From Azolla caroliniana (lineage: Eukaryota; Plantae; Polypodiophyta), in contig JBHGNT010000009.1 of the NCBI GenBank assembly GCA_043228905.1, positions 20,956,001-21,020,000 of the forward strand: DNA of 64,000 nt. The letters run 5' to 3'. Within the stretch, counting starts at the first letter, position 1. Each line of letters begins with the position of its first letter. Position numbers and translations under genes: made by a program. Below are positions 13,500 to 25,294 of the stretch, in pieces. The notes beneath the pieces were generated by a model. The model worked only from the letters and a program-made list of their open reading frames with translations. It did not search any database and was not told the origin of the DNA.

Positions 13500-13866
13500 A
13501 GTATGGTATTTACAATACTTCCCGTGTTTACAATACTCGAAATAAATGAACCATTCTCGAATGCGAATGCACGTATGGTATTTACAATACTTCTGGAGTG
13601 TACCATACTCGAAATAAAATGAACCATTCTCGAATGAGAATGCACGGATGGTTCATACTATGATTATTACGATGGCCATGACCATAATGAACATGACCAT
13701 GACCATTACTCGAGTATTTGAACCATTCTCGAATGCGAATGCACGGATGGTTCATACTATGATTATGACCATGGCCATGACCATCATGAACATGACCACG
13801 ACCATCATGGCCATGACCATGACCATCATGACCATGACCATGACCATGGCCATGACCATGACCATC
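13500..13866. repeat. Repeated GAACCATTCTCGAATGCGAATGCACG blocks followed by an (ATGACC)n tract
   Basis: Three copies of the block at ~13548, 13621 and 13720; hexamer tract ends immediately before the 5' region of the RING gene. Confidence 0.8.
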
Positions 13867-14014
13867 CTATCCTTATCCCCTGTCAGAGAGAGTATTTTGC
13901 AGAACCCTAATTTTGGTCCCACTGTGTCTGTGTGTGGAGAAGAAGAAGAAGAAGAAGAAGAAGAAGAAGAAAGAAGAAGAAGAGATAATCCGTCTGCTTT
14001 TTCTCCCTGCCATC

Positions 14015-14047
<33 letters not shown>

Positions 14048-14456
14048 TAGAAACGGAGACAGAGACAAGAGAACAGAGACAGAGACAGAGAAATCGAAGG
14101 TAAGTAAATAATATGTATGTATGTATGTATCGACAAGAGCTGCTTTTTTTGTTTTGTTTTTTTTCCAGTGATGGCTCCTTCACAATCTCAGAAAATGCCA
14201 CGAACCATGGCGAGGGCTGACGTGGCACGTTCAACTCTTGGAACGGTACTCTCTGTCTCTCTCTCTCTCTCTTTCCCCTGTTTCTTGGCTTGCGATTATA
14301 CTGCATAATCGTATATGTGGGCTGCACATACGACCGTATGTATACGTATATATATACGTACATGCGTATATATATATAGATTATATACACATGATATACA
14401 TAGCTTTTATTTATCCATTTCCTTCCATCCTTTTTTGAGTCCCTCCCTTTTCTCTC

Positions 14457-14491
<35 letters not shown>

Positions 14492-14587
14492 GTCTCAAGT
14501 CTTGGGCTCTGCTTCATCATAAGATCCATCTCAAGAAACCTTCACTGTATCTCTGCAATCTGTGTAGAAATCTCCATATACATATAC

Positions 14588-14630
<43 letters not shown>

Positions 14631-14974
14631 ATTCCTCCTCCATCCATATCCGCATACCTCACATTCGTCCATGGATGTCTGTTCTGTAATGGATGCTTCA
14701 TATACAAATTGATATATATATATATATATATATATAGGATTTTTTGATGGAATCATGGAGGTTTCATCAGATTATATGAGGTTTTGAAATGGGATTTCAA
14801 ATGAATCTTGCAACCCCATTCCAACCTCTCTAACACCCTTCATTCTTGCCCACATTCTTTTTGCTCCTTTTTCCTTCTTCCTTTCTCTCTCTTCCTTCTT
14901 CCTGCTTCCTTCTACCCCTCTTTTATTTCACCTGTTTGTTGGACCCAGGTTTTCTTTAGGAATTCGTCTTTGCT

Positions 14975-17900
14975 ATGGATGAACACGAACAAGAAGAAGA
15001 AGAAGAACAAGAAGAGGAAGAGGAAGATGTGTGGGTTTGCAGTTCTTGCACCTTCCATAACCAAGATTTGGATGAGGTTTGTTCTATGTGCTACACAACG
15101 AGACCTGGATTCTCGTGGTTCCTCACATATGGTCGTTCTTTCTCTATATGCCGACTCTCAGGGTTTCTCCAAAACATGCTATCAGGCGCTGTGACCGGTA
15201 CCTTTGCTCTAGGTAACAAGAAATTACACCTGTCCTTTCCAATTCTTTTTCTTCCGTGAAAAATCATCCTCTATGGCCTTACTTAATTATTTCCTCCAAT
15301 GAAGAATCATCATGCCATGTGATTATAGCCAAGCTGATCTTTGGTGGATAAGAAAGGAATCTAGTTTATCTTTGCTAATTTCTTTCTATGGAGGATCACA
15401 GCTCATATGAATTTGCAAATGTTAATCTTTGCGCTAGCTTGTTATGTTCCTGTATTGGAACAGGCTTCCCATGTAAACATGTGGCAATGCTAATTTATCT
15501 TGGCTAAACATCAACAATGTTGATTTAAGAACTATATTTATCGAGGACATGACCATGATTCAAATGCTTAAGAACTATATGTAATTATGTATACGTGATT
15601 ATATATATACATATTTATTTCTTTAGATAATGTAATCACTGAACTCAAAGCAATTTACATCACATTTGTTGTAGCAATAAAATTTTAACCCATTTATGCT
15701 ACTCATCATAAAAACAAGAGCATATTATTTGTTTTAGTTTGCTCGTAAGGGTTGATATTCCAAACAAAGAGGGGTGCCTGAACAATGTTTGCATTCAAAA
15801 ATGTCTTATTTTTGTTGTAATTTGTAATTATATTTGCTAATTCATATGTGTTTATTTTTTTGTGGGCAGTGGGTGCAGTCTCAGGTGCAATTACTGGGGC
15901 TTTGGCCGGGCGTGCTGCCCAATGTGGGCTGTTACGAGGGGCAGGTTTGGGTGCTGTGGCTGGGGCAGTACTCTCGGTGGAAGTACTCGAAGCTTCACGA
16001 GCTTATTGGCACTCTCAACGGTCGATGCCCATCTCGCTTCCATCTATGGTCAGTTGAATGCACTATTTCTTTGTAGAACAAATTTAATTAGGCCCCAGAG
16101 ATTCTTTTTTATGATTAAGGAGCAATGATTACCATACTATTTCTTTGATTAGATGCTTTTTTATGCATAAAGAGAAATACATATACTATTTGTTTAGGCA
16201 TTCTTCTATTCTTAAATAGAAATCCAGTTCTGATTTGTTCAGAAGTTTTTATGCATAAAGAGCAATACATTTACTATATGTTTAGCAATACACTGCCTTT
16301 TTATTTAAATGATCTTTTATGCATACAGTATGATGCATATACCATATGTTTAGATGTTCTTTTATGCTGGGAGCGCTATCCAATTGCTATTTGTTTAGAT
16401 GTTTTCTCATGCATAAAGAGCCACGCCTTTACAATTTATGCATATACAAATTTATGCATTAACAACACTTCATATACTATTTGTTTAGATGCTTTTTGTG
16501 CATAACAGCAATACACATGCTGTTTAAGCTAAGAGCCATATATGCGATTTGTTTTATGCAGAGTAATTTCCTTGACGACATTTTAAGTGGAAGGTTTGTT
16601 CAAGGTTTTCTAGCCCCTGCAATCTCCGCCACCCAACGATGGCAGGTTGGCTCTGTAACATATCCATTTACAAGTCACGTATAATCTCTAGGATTCAAAG
16701 TTTAACATTATGGCATGCTATATTACCAGATAAGTTTTGTTTGTATCGAGATTCTGTGAGAAAAGGATTGCCTGTATAAGTAATGCTATCTTCTGCAAGC
16801 TCTTAGAGACTCATATAACAATGGAGATATTCTTATTTCCTTGAGAGTTGTTTTTTTACTAGGATGATTTTTCACTATGAATAAAGCAGTCTGTCTGCTA
16901 ATCGAACTAGAATTATCTAATTTCAATTTGAGGCTTCCGAAAGTGATATTTTAGATGAACAATTGTGATAATTCTTTCTAACATGGGAAAGAATTTATGT
17001 ACCATGAAAAATTATCGACCCTACTTGTAATCATACATTTTTATGACTGTTGAAAAACGCATTCGACACTTCTTAATCTTCACAAGGTTTTTCAATCTCT
17101 TTTAAAGCATGGAAGCTTGGGGATATTTTTCTTTTCTTCAGAATGAAATGATTTCTTGTTTTCCACCGACAATATTTTATTGTGCGATCTGACGTCACAC
17201 TGCATTTTGCCTAAATAAAAACTATATGTCTGTTAATAATACATTCACGGAGGTAGATATTTTTGACTTCATTATTTTCCTCCGAGGTAAAAAATGACCT
17301 ATAGAACCCCCGGGAGAGAGTAGTGAGTGTAGTGATGGATGAAAGGCCTTGTTGATAACCTAATGTTTTATCACTAGGATAAGCCCATTATGTTAAGGGA
17401 AGGGTGTGATATGAGGTTTGACTTTGTTTCATTCTGGGCAGGTAAACTTTGCGGAAATGAGCTACGAAGAGCTATATGAGATGTTCATTCCATCCGATGG
17501 AAGAATAAAAGGCGCATCTGATGAGTTCCTCAAGACTCTTCCACAGCATGTAATTACACGTGGCAACCTCGTGGATGCCTCTGGCGATGCCATATGTTGT
17601 GCCATATGCTTGCAGGTAGTGACAACAACATCGACAGACACTCTGAAAATCTCTTAATGTTTTTTTAGTTCCATTTTGATGTCTTCATTTAACCAAAATT
17701 TGAACATTTCTAAATCAGCTTTCCCTTTTTTGCAATGCTTCTCAGTAATAACGCTTTAATTGCTGTTTGCATTTTACAAAATTCCGAAGTGGGGTGTAAT
17801 TTCTCAAAATGTGGATTGCTTTTTTGCTGAAAATCCTCAGATTTATATTGGTAGATTGGTATAGTTTGTTGTCGATTATATGATGGATCGCATCCTGCGT

Positions 17901-18058
17901 GTTAATCCCGTGATTTCCTTACTGTAATGCAGGAGCTAGAGGAAGGAGATATTGGACGGACATTACCTCCATGTAACCATACCTTCCATTTGAGTTGCGT
18001 GGACCGATGGCTCATGAAGCATGTGGTTTGTCCGGTTTGCCGACAATGTATGCACTAA
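14975..18058 (+). CDS. NEP1-interacting protein (NIP1/NIP2)-like RING-H2 E3 ligase with an N-terminal NZF/RanBP2 zinc finger
   Basis: Exons ~14975-15212, 15870-16048, 16562-16645, 17442-17614, 17933-18058. [15 protein letters not shown]...[20 protein letters not shown] hydrophobic block of the NIP family; RING-H2 CAICLQ...[28 protein letters not shown] possible upstream coding exon lies at 14171-14245. Confidence 0.9.
16140..16555. repeat. Degenerate ~45-bp intronic tandem array
   Basis: TTGTTTAGATG..TTTTATGCATAAAGAG...CATATACTAT recurs about 8 times in an intron of the RING gene (16049-16561). Confidence 0.65.
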
Positions 18059-18959
18059 TTATACCGATTCCCTAACTTGCTTTCAAGGCACGGCTGTGGA
18101 TACTAAGTGAGCATAAAAATTTGATCCCCCCTTTTTTCTTTCTTTTGAAGAGAAGTCATCTCATTTCCCTCACTCCCTTTCCGAAGAAGCTTAGCAGAAT
18201 AGTCTATCTCTCTCTTGCTCTCTACCCTTATATATATGTAGTATTGCAACAACAGATGCCCAATATACCTCAATATGCAATAATGTAGTTGCTAGCCATC
18301 AATACCTTGTGGAAACCAAAACCAGAGAGGATTATGCAAAAAATATTGAAACTTAATTATCATGACATAAATATTCAACTGGAAAGTAAATGTGTGCTAT
18401 GAATACTATCATAGTATAAAAGGTACACATAAAGTAGAGATCAATCAAAAGGCATACGTTGTAAAATGTTTCGAACAATACAATCATATATAGATTATAC
18501 TATAGAGCATTGCATATGCTCAAATGTCAAGAAATTAAGAAAATATGGTACTGAGCAAACTTAGTGACCTTATTCTAATCTATCTCTCGTAATTACTGTA
18601 ACATATTGTTGAGTTATTGTCAATATTTATAGGTTATATTGCCCATCTTCAAAACCCTTTCCGTCATTGGCTATTGTGATATGCTAAAAACAGCTAATGA
18701 CTCACATTCTGTTTTGTGTAAATGTGACCTTGCATTTCTGTCAACATGCAGGGCTTAGGGGAATGTTGTAAATTTATGTAGATGTCACATCATGGTAATT
18801 TTAATCTAGAATACTCCCAAAGCAAATTGAATTTGCCATAGTTTGAAAAGAAACATTTAAGTTAACTACGAGAAAGTAATGTTATACATAAGAGAGAGGC
18901 GCTAGATGTCCCATTCCATTTGTATCCGATCAATTATTCCAAGGGCTTATTGCCCCATA

Positions 18960-19520
18960 GAAAAACTAAACCAATGAGCATGTGCATGTGCTCATTGTTA
19001 AAAAATTTCATAAATTTAGCAGCATGCTTAACAATTCTTGTTGTGTGCTTGGAAGTAATCATTCACCTTTATTAATATTTTATAATATTCCAAGACGATA
19101 CGTCTCATGTTTAATGTATGTTGGAACAATCTATTAAGAAAGTGACTTTCTTGGAGTTGGAGGAAGTATACCCAATGACATTAATTAATACTACATTATT
19201 GGCACGCAATTCTAAATTTTCTATTGTGTGGAAGGATATTTGTCAAGCATAAGAAGTGTTTGGTTAGAGGTAGTACATACACTAATAAGAATCGAAATCT
19301 ACTTTTAAGGGCAATGTTATGGTTTACAAGTATCATGATTTTGTGTTTCAACAACATAGAGAAGATGCAACCACAACTTCATAGTTATTGGATTCTATTC
19401 ATCATGGCACTACAGATGCAAGAAGACATTTCATGAGTATTACGCAATGATGCACTTCATCTTATTTATAAATGTTGAAGCATTACATTGATTTGCAAGG
19501 CACACAAAGCTTTACCTCTT
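18960..19520. repeat. Dispersed decayed repeat, copy 1 (copy 2 at ~21545-22690)
   Basis: Shared blocks such as TCTTGGAGTTG..GAAG..CCAATGACAT, TACTACATTATTGGCA and TTTTAAGGGCAATGTT. Confidence 0.75.
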
Positions 19521-20404
19521 GTTTCAGATATGTTTGAATGAACGAGAACAATTTGTTAGTCTGGTGTGGCTGCAATTGAATGCCTAAGTTTGTTGATAAC
19601 GAATTCTTGAGACGAAAAAGAGTCTGTGTGTTGGTATAGTTGTCAGTAAATCATTAGATGGTTTCATATTCATCGAAATAAATGTTGGTATGCATGTATG
19701 ATCATATTTGTGTGAGTGTGTGTGTTTGCACGTGCACATGCATGTGCATATGCTTGCATGCATGCAATGTTTGTACGGATGTGTTCATGTATATGTATGT
19801 ATGTATGCATGCAATGCTCCTATGTATGTGTGTGTATATGTATACATGAATGCATGCATGTTTGTACGATTTTATGATTGAACGTATGAGTGTATGCGTA
19901 TGTATGTACAATTAAGTCTACATTGTTTGTGTGTACCTATGGGTATATATATGTACAATGGCAAATGCGTATTTACGTTTGAATGATTGAATGTGTATGA
20001 TTACGTATGATTGTATGCATAGAATGAACCATATGTATCATGCGTGCATTCACATTCGAGAATGATTCAATCAAACGTGTATAGTAAATCATCTCAAAGT
20101 TGGATGGATTGACAAGTTGGATTGGATTGACTAGGGTCTATATTATATATTGATTCACTCTCAATCCCAATAAGTGGACTCTAATCCATTGTGAACCACC
20201 AACATAAGTATGGTTGCAATATTTGCATTTTATCACATGCATACTTTTGGGATGCAAATCAAGACATCTCTATCATCCTCACTTTAAAACTTTACAAAAA
20301 AATGAGTATGAACTATAAATATTGAATCAAAATATGTCATTATAAATTATAATAAAACGTTCAAAAACTCATAAAACGTATATTCGAGAATATGAAGAAA
20401 ACAT

Positions 20405-20860
20405 GACATAGGCAGCATAACAACTTACCACTAGGGTGACCTAATTTCTAATAACAAAGAAAGAAAGAAAGAAAGAAAGAAAGAAAAAGGAACATGACAC
20501 TAACATAAAATTTTGCCATGACATAGGCAGTAGTAGCATAACAACTTACCACTCAGGTGAGCTAATTTCTAATAACAAAGAAAGAAAGAAAAAGAAGAAA
20601 AAGGAACATGACACTAACAAGAAGATATGAGAAAGTTGGGAATTGAACCCAAGACACAAGTAATAGTAGCACAACAAGTTACCACTAGGTTGTGCTTAGT
20701 TCTAACAATAAAAAAATAAAAGAAAAAAACTATTATAACACTAACATAAAATGTTGCTATGACATGGTACTAATGAGAGAGAGAAAGAGATGAGAAAATT
20801 GGGAATCGAACCCAAGACATAAACAGCAATAGCACGACTCCTTACCACTAGGTTGAGCTG
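20405..20860 (-). mobile_element. Tandem tRNA-derived (SINE-head-like) repeats
   Basis: Minus strand at 20790-20860 reads GCTCAACCTAGTGGTAAGG...GGGTTCGATTCCC (Pol III A- and B-box-like). A second copy lies at ~20630-20700 and two partial A-box copies at ~20410-20570; no intact cloverleaf. Confidence 0.6.
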
Positions 20861-21544
20861 GATTATAGTGGTAATTAAAAAACAAAATAGATAATGTAAT
20901 TTTCCCATTTCAAACGTGTTGGTTTCCAAACGTTTGAATGCTTGCACGAACACGAATATTATGTTCTATGATTGTATGTATATATATATATATATAATTG
21001 TTTGCATTTATGTTTGTATGTGCATATGATTGAGTGTATGATCATTGTGTGAAATATGTGTATGCATGCATGCATTACATGCACGCATCGTGTATGTATG
21101 CATACACGATACATGCATGTAATGGAGAAAGAAAATACTTATAGCCAATTGAGGAGGAAAAGAGCTTGGTGTTCGGGGAGCACTCTATGAAGGGTTGATG
21201 GGAGGGAGTAGAGTTGTCTTTCATGCATACATTTTTTAATACGTGACACTAAAAGCTGATTTCTCTCATGTTCTAGTGTTGAACCGTCATCTTTTTTTTT
21301 TGTTGGTGGCACGAAACATCGCAGTTTAAGTCACATAGTTTTTGCAACGTTCAATGTCTCTTCTTTGCAAAAAGTGGCGTGATGATAGATTTGCATTAAT
21401 AGGAAATACCAATTCTAAAACTAATTTGGGAAATTTGAATCCCTCTTGGGAAGTAGCGAAAAACATAGCACATGGAGATGGAATGAAGGGCCATATCTCA
21501 AACCGAAACAATGAACACTTGGCAATGACCACAACCATGAGCAC

Positions 21545-22690
21545 ACTTAACCAATGGGTATTCACTAGTGCTCATCACAAAAAAAGCTTCATAATTTTAG
21601 TTGCATGCTAACAATTTTTGCCATACACCACGCTATAAGTAATCATTGCCCTTCAATAATATCTTAAAATATCCCCATATGATAGATTGGTTTTGACTAT
21701 GCTTGTATGTTGGGACCATCTATTTAGAAAATGACTTCTCTTCTTGGAGTTGAGGAAGGAGACCAAATGACATCACTACTACATTATTGGCATGCAATCC
21801 CAACTTTTTTCCATTGAAATGGTGTGGAAGTATATTGATCAAGCATATGAAGGTCTGGATCAGAGATAATACACAGACTAACACGGATAAGAACATAAAC
21901 CTTATTTTAAGGGCAATGTTTTGGTTTGCAGTTATCATGATTTGGTCTTTCGATTGTAGAGAAGAAGAAACCACAATTGCATCGCTATTAGATTGTATTC
22001 ATCATGGTATTATGAATGACAAAAATATCATGCAATGATGGACTTCACATTTTTTTTTTTGTGAATTTTTATTGATGGGTTATGGATAAATCTCTACTTA
22101 AGAACATTATACAAGTTAGTGATGTTTCTGTTCTTGTGACCATGATGAAAAAAATCTATCTAGAAGACCATAACTCTTGTTGTATGACTTAAATGCACAA
22201 AAAGTGACGAATTGTTTTTGTTAAAAAACCCAAAATTGACAAAAAATTGCAAATTACTTGGATAGGAAAGTACCATTCCTTTTTCATAGGTATCATGATC
22301 TTTGCCATAATGTATTCAAACTAAACTTGTCAAAATGATAATCCATCTATTCAAATAGGGAGTGCTTGATGGAAAACAATACCTCAAAAGGGTCATTTCT
22401 AGTGTGCATATGTTGTTTTCATGTCATTCATACTTTAATCATCATTTCTTCCGTTGGAACCAACATGACTTTTAGAAATGTTAGTGTTGCCTTTCAAAGG
22501 GCAATGCTATTGTTGTCGCTCTTTACATTATGGAAAACGTGTTGATTCTTAGGATGAAAAACATAGTATAGTTGGTCTTAAATTAATATTTGCACAGAGT
22601 CACAATCATGAATGCAACGTCCCATCTATTTGCTAAAGATTTGAACCATTACGTTGATTTTGCAAGACACAGCTTTACCAATGATATGTG
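21545..22690. repeat. Dispersed decayed repeat, copy 2, with a ~550-bp insertion relative to copy 1
   Basis: Colinear with 18960-19470 up to ~22050; similarity resumes at ~22630-22680 (CATTAC.TTGATT..GCAAG.CACA..GCTTTACC). Confidence 0.65.
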
Positions 22691-22879
22691 CCCCACAGCC
22701 AAAAAAGTGCAAGCCCATAACTGATGTGCACTGGTAGTAAATACCAATTCCAAACCTAATGTGGGAAGTCTGAAATCCCTCTTAGGTAGCAACCCAAAAA
22801 ACCTACAATTGAAGGTGATGTTGAGGACACATTCATGTTACGAGCAACAAACTGAGTCTTGGATCCAAACTTAGAGCAC

Positions 22880-23430
22880 ATGACCACATGACCAAGACCA
22901 AGACCAAGAGAAAGACCAAAGACCAAGACCAGGACTAGGACCAAGAGAAAGACCAAAGAGAAAGACCAAAGACCGAGACCAAGACCAGAACCAAGACCAG
23001 AACCAAGAGAAAGACCAAAGACCAAGACCAAAATTAGGACCAAGACCATAACTAGGAGCAAGATCAAGTCCAAGACCAAAATTAGGACCAGGACTAGAAC
23101 TAAGAGCAAGATCAAGACGAAGTCCAGAATCAAGATAAAGACCGAAGACCAAAGACCAAAGACCAAAGACCATAACTAAGAGCAAGATCAAGTACAAGAC
23201 CAAAATTAGGACCAGGACCAGAACTAAGAGCAAGATCAAGACAAAGACCAGAACCAAGATAAAGACCAAAGACCAAGACTAGAACCAAGACCAAGAACAA
23301 GATCAACCCAAGCGCAAGCCCAAGCCCAAGACCAAAATTAGGGTCAAGACGAGGACCAAGACCAGAACTAGGAGAAAAATCAAGGCCAAGACCAAGACCA
23401 AGATCTTGATCATGACAAGGACCACCAGTT
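22880..23430. repeat. (AAGACC)n degenerate hexamer tract with higher-order repeats
   Basis: ~550 bp of AAGACC/AGGACC/AGAACC variants upstream of the AMPD 5' exon. Confidence 0.9.
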
Positions 23431-23441
23431 CAACAAAAGTC

Positions 23442-23477
<36 letters not shown>

Positions 23478-23565
23478 ATATATATATATATATATGACAT
23501 AGGTGATAAGAGTGAGACAAGGGTGTGGTCATTTTGTTTGTGTTTGTGGTGTATATGTATATGTA

Positions 23566-23596
<31 letters not shown>

Positions 23597-25294
23597 GTCT
23601 GGTTTTCTTTCCAAAATAAGGAAGTGGGCCATTACCTTACCTGATATAGAATAATACATCGATTCATCTGATTTTAGACATGCAGAATGTTGTACACACA
23701 ATCTCGTCTCTGCTCTGTGTTTGTGTTTTGTCTTTCTGCCTTCTGTTCTAAGAAGTCTGAAGAAAGCTTTTAATCCCTAAAAAAGAAAGAAAAACCCTTC
23801 AGCTTTCTTTCTGCTTATCGTTTGATTGAAGTCCGGCTTCTTGTGTAAGCACTTAAGAATTGTATGCAGGCTCGCTAGACTTTCTTTTCTGACTTCCTTT
23901 TTTGGCTTCAATCTCGGTTTTTGTCGGCAGATTGTGTGTGATCCATTTAATTTCTTCTTCATCTCAAACTCCTCCATTGATGCTTCTCGTGATGTTAAGA
24001 CTAAAATAATACTGCTGGTGAGAAACTCTGGTAATTCTCTACTTCAATAATCCTGTTGGGAAAGCATCAGAGATTGGCCAGGAAACATTAGCTTATTTTT
24101 CCTTCATCAATCTTGTTGAGGAATCATCGCAGATTGAAATTCGTAGCGTAATTTTCTTTTCTGTGGACTTTCTCATGGCTATGGATATTATAGTTTCTTA
24201 TTGAAAATTGGTTTATTGTTTTTCAGAAAAATCTGATTAGTTTTACGTTAAATCCTCTGATTCGGCACCTTAGCTTCTGTTTCCTCCGTAAATGCCTCTT
24301 GCTTTTCGAGATTGATTGGATTGTGAGTCGTGGAGACTGTAGTATTTTATAATAGTGATCTGTGATTTCCATAGCTAAGATACTTCCCAGAAAATTAGAT
24401 TTCTAATTTGGCCTCTCATTTTGAGATGTCCGAGGATTTTAAGTTCTTCCATTGCAAACGTTTAATCTTCATCTTAGTTGTTTATTGGGCCATCCGAAAT
24501 TGGACTGATCTTTTTTTTTCTTTCATTTGAGAATTCTGGATAATATGTTAAATTTGTGGGCCAATTTTGGTCTTAGAAGACGTTAATATATCTTTCATTC
24601 TTTCTTTCTCACTCCGCTGTTGCGGCCATGAACATTGTTTCTCCAATTAGTTGAATTCTTCATCTTTTGTTGGCAAACTTGGAAGGTTTTTAACTTATTT
24701 TTCCGAAGAATTTACTCATCTTCATTGTTTCAGCTGTCACGGATGCTTCTCCGAATCGGTGGATTTTCGTCCTTTGGTTTGACAAGTCTAAAGATTTTAC
24801 ATCCGCAGATTCTCTTCATCCTCATTTGTCCCACACATAGCAGGTATTGGATTCCTGATCTTTTGTTTGAGAAGTATAAAGATTTTGACTTAAATCGTCT
24901 ACGAAGTCTCAGATACCTCTTCATTGTTTCGATCATATTAGAAACTGGATTCTTGATGGTTCTCTCTGGAAGTCTGGAGATTTTATCTTAAATCCTCATA
25001 AGAAGTCACTCCATCTCGAGTTTCAACTGCCCTAATTCGCCAATTGGGTTCTTGGTCTTTGAAAAAGAAATTATAATGTTTTGCCTTTTCTCTCCATCTT
25101 TGTGTCTTCTGCCATATCAGAAATTGTATTCTTGTTCTTTCATGTGAAAGAAATCTGAGGCTTTTACCTTCATTCTCTTAAAGTTTCTCCATTTTCATCA
25201 GAAGCTGGATTCTTTGAGTTGTGTTCGAGAATTATTCTGAAGATTTTTATTTACCCCAAGTCATAATTGTGTTTCAGCCAACATTTGGGCGGCC

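Noticed and set aside
12622-14756. ORFs with poly-L/I/N/Y, MT or RE runs
   Set aside because: Translations of (AAT)n, (ATGACC)n, (GA)n and (TA)n microsatellites
21182-21199. 18-bp match ACTCTATGAAGGGTTGAT with the solo LTR (~35939)
   Set aside because: No flanking similarity; could be chance in an AT-rich 64-kb window
22756-23701. Hydrophobic LV-rich ORFs resembling membrane proteins
   Set aside because: Antisense reading of the (AAGACC)n tract
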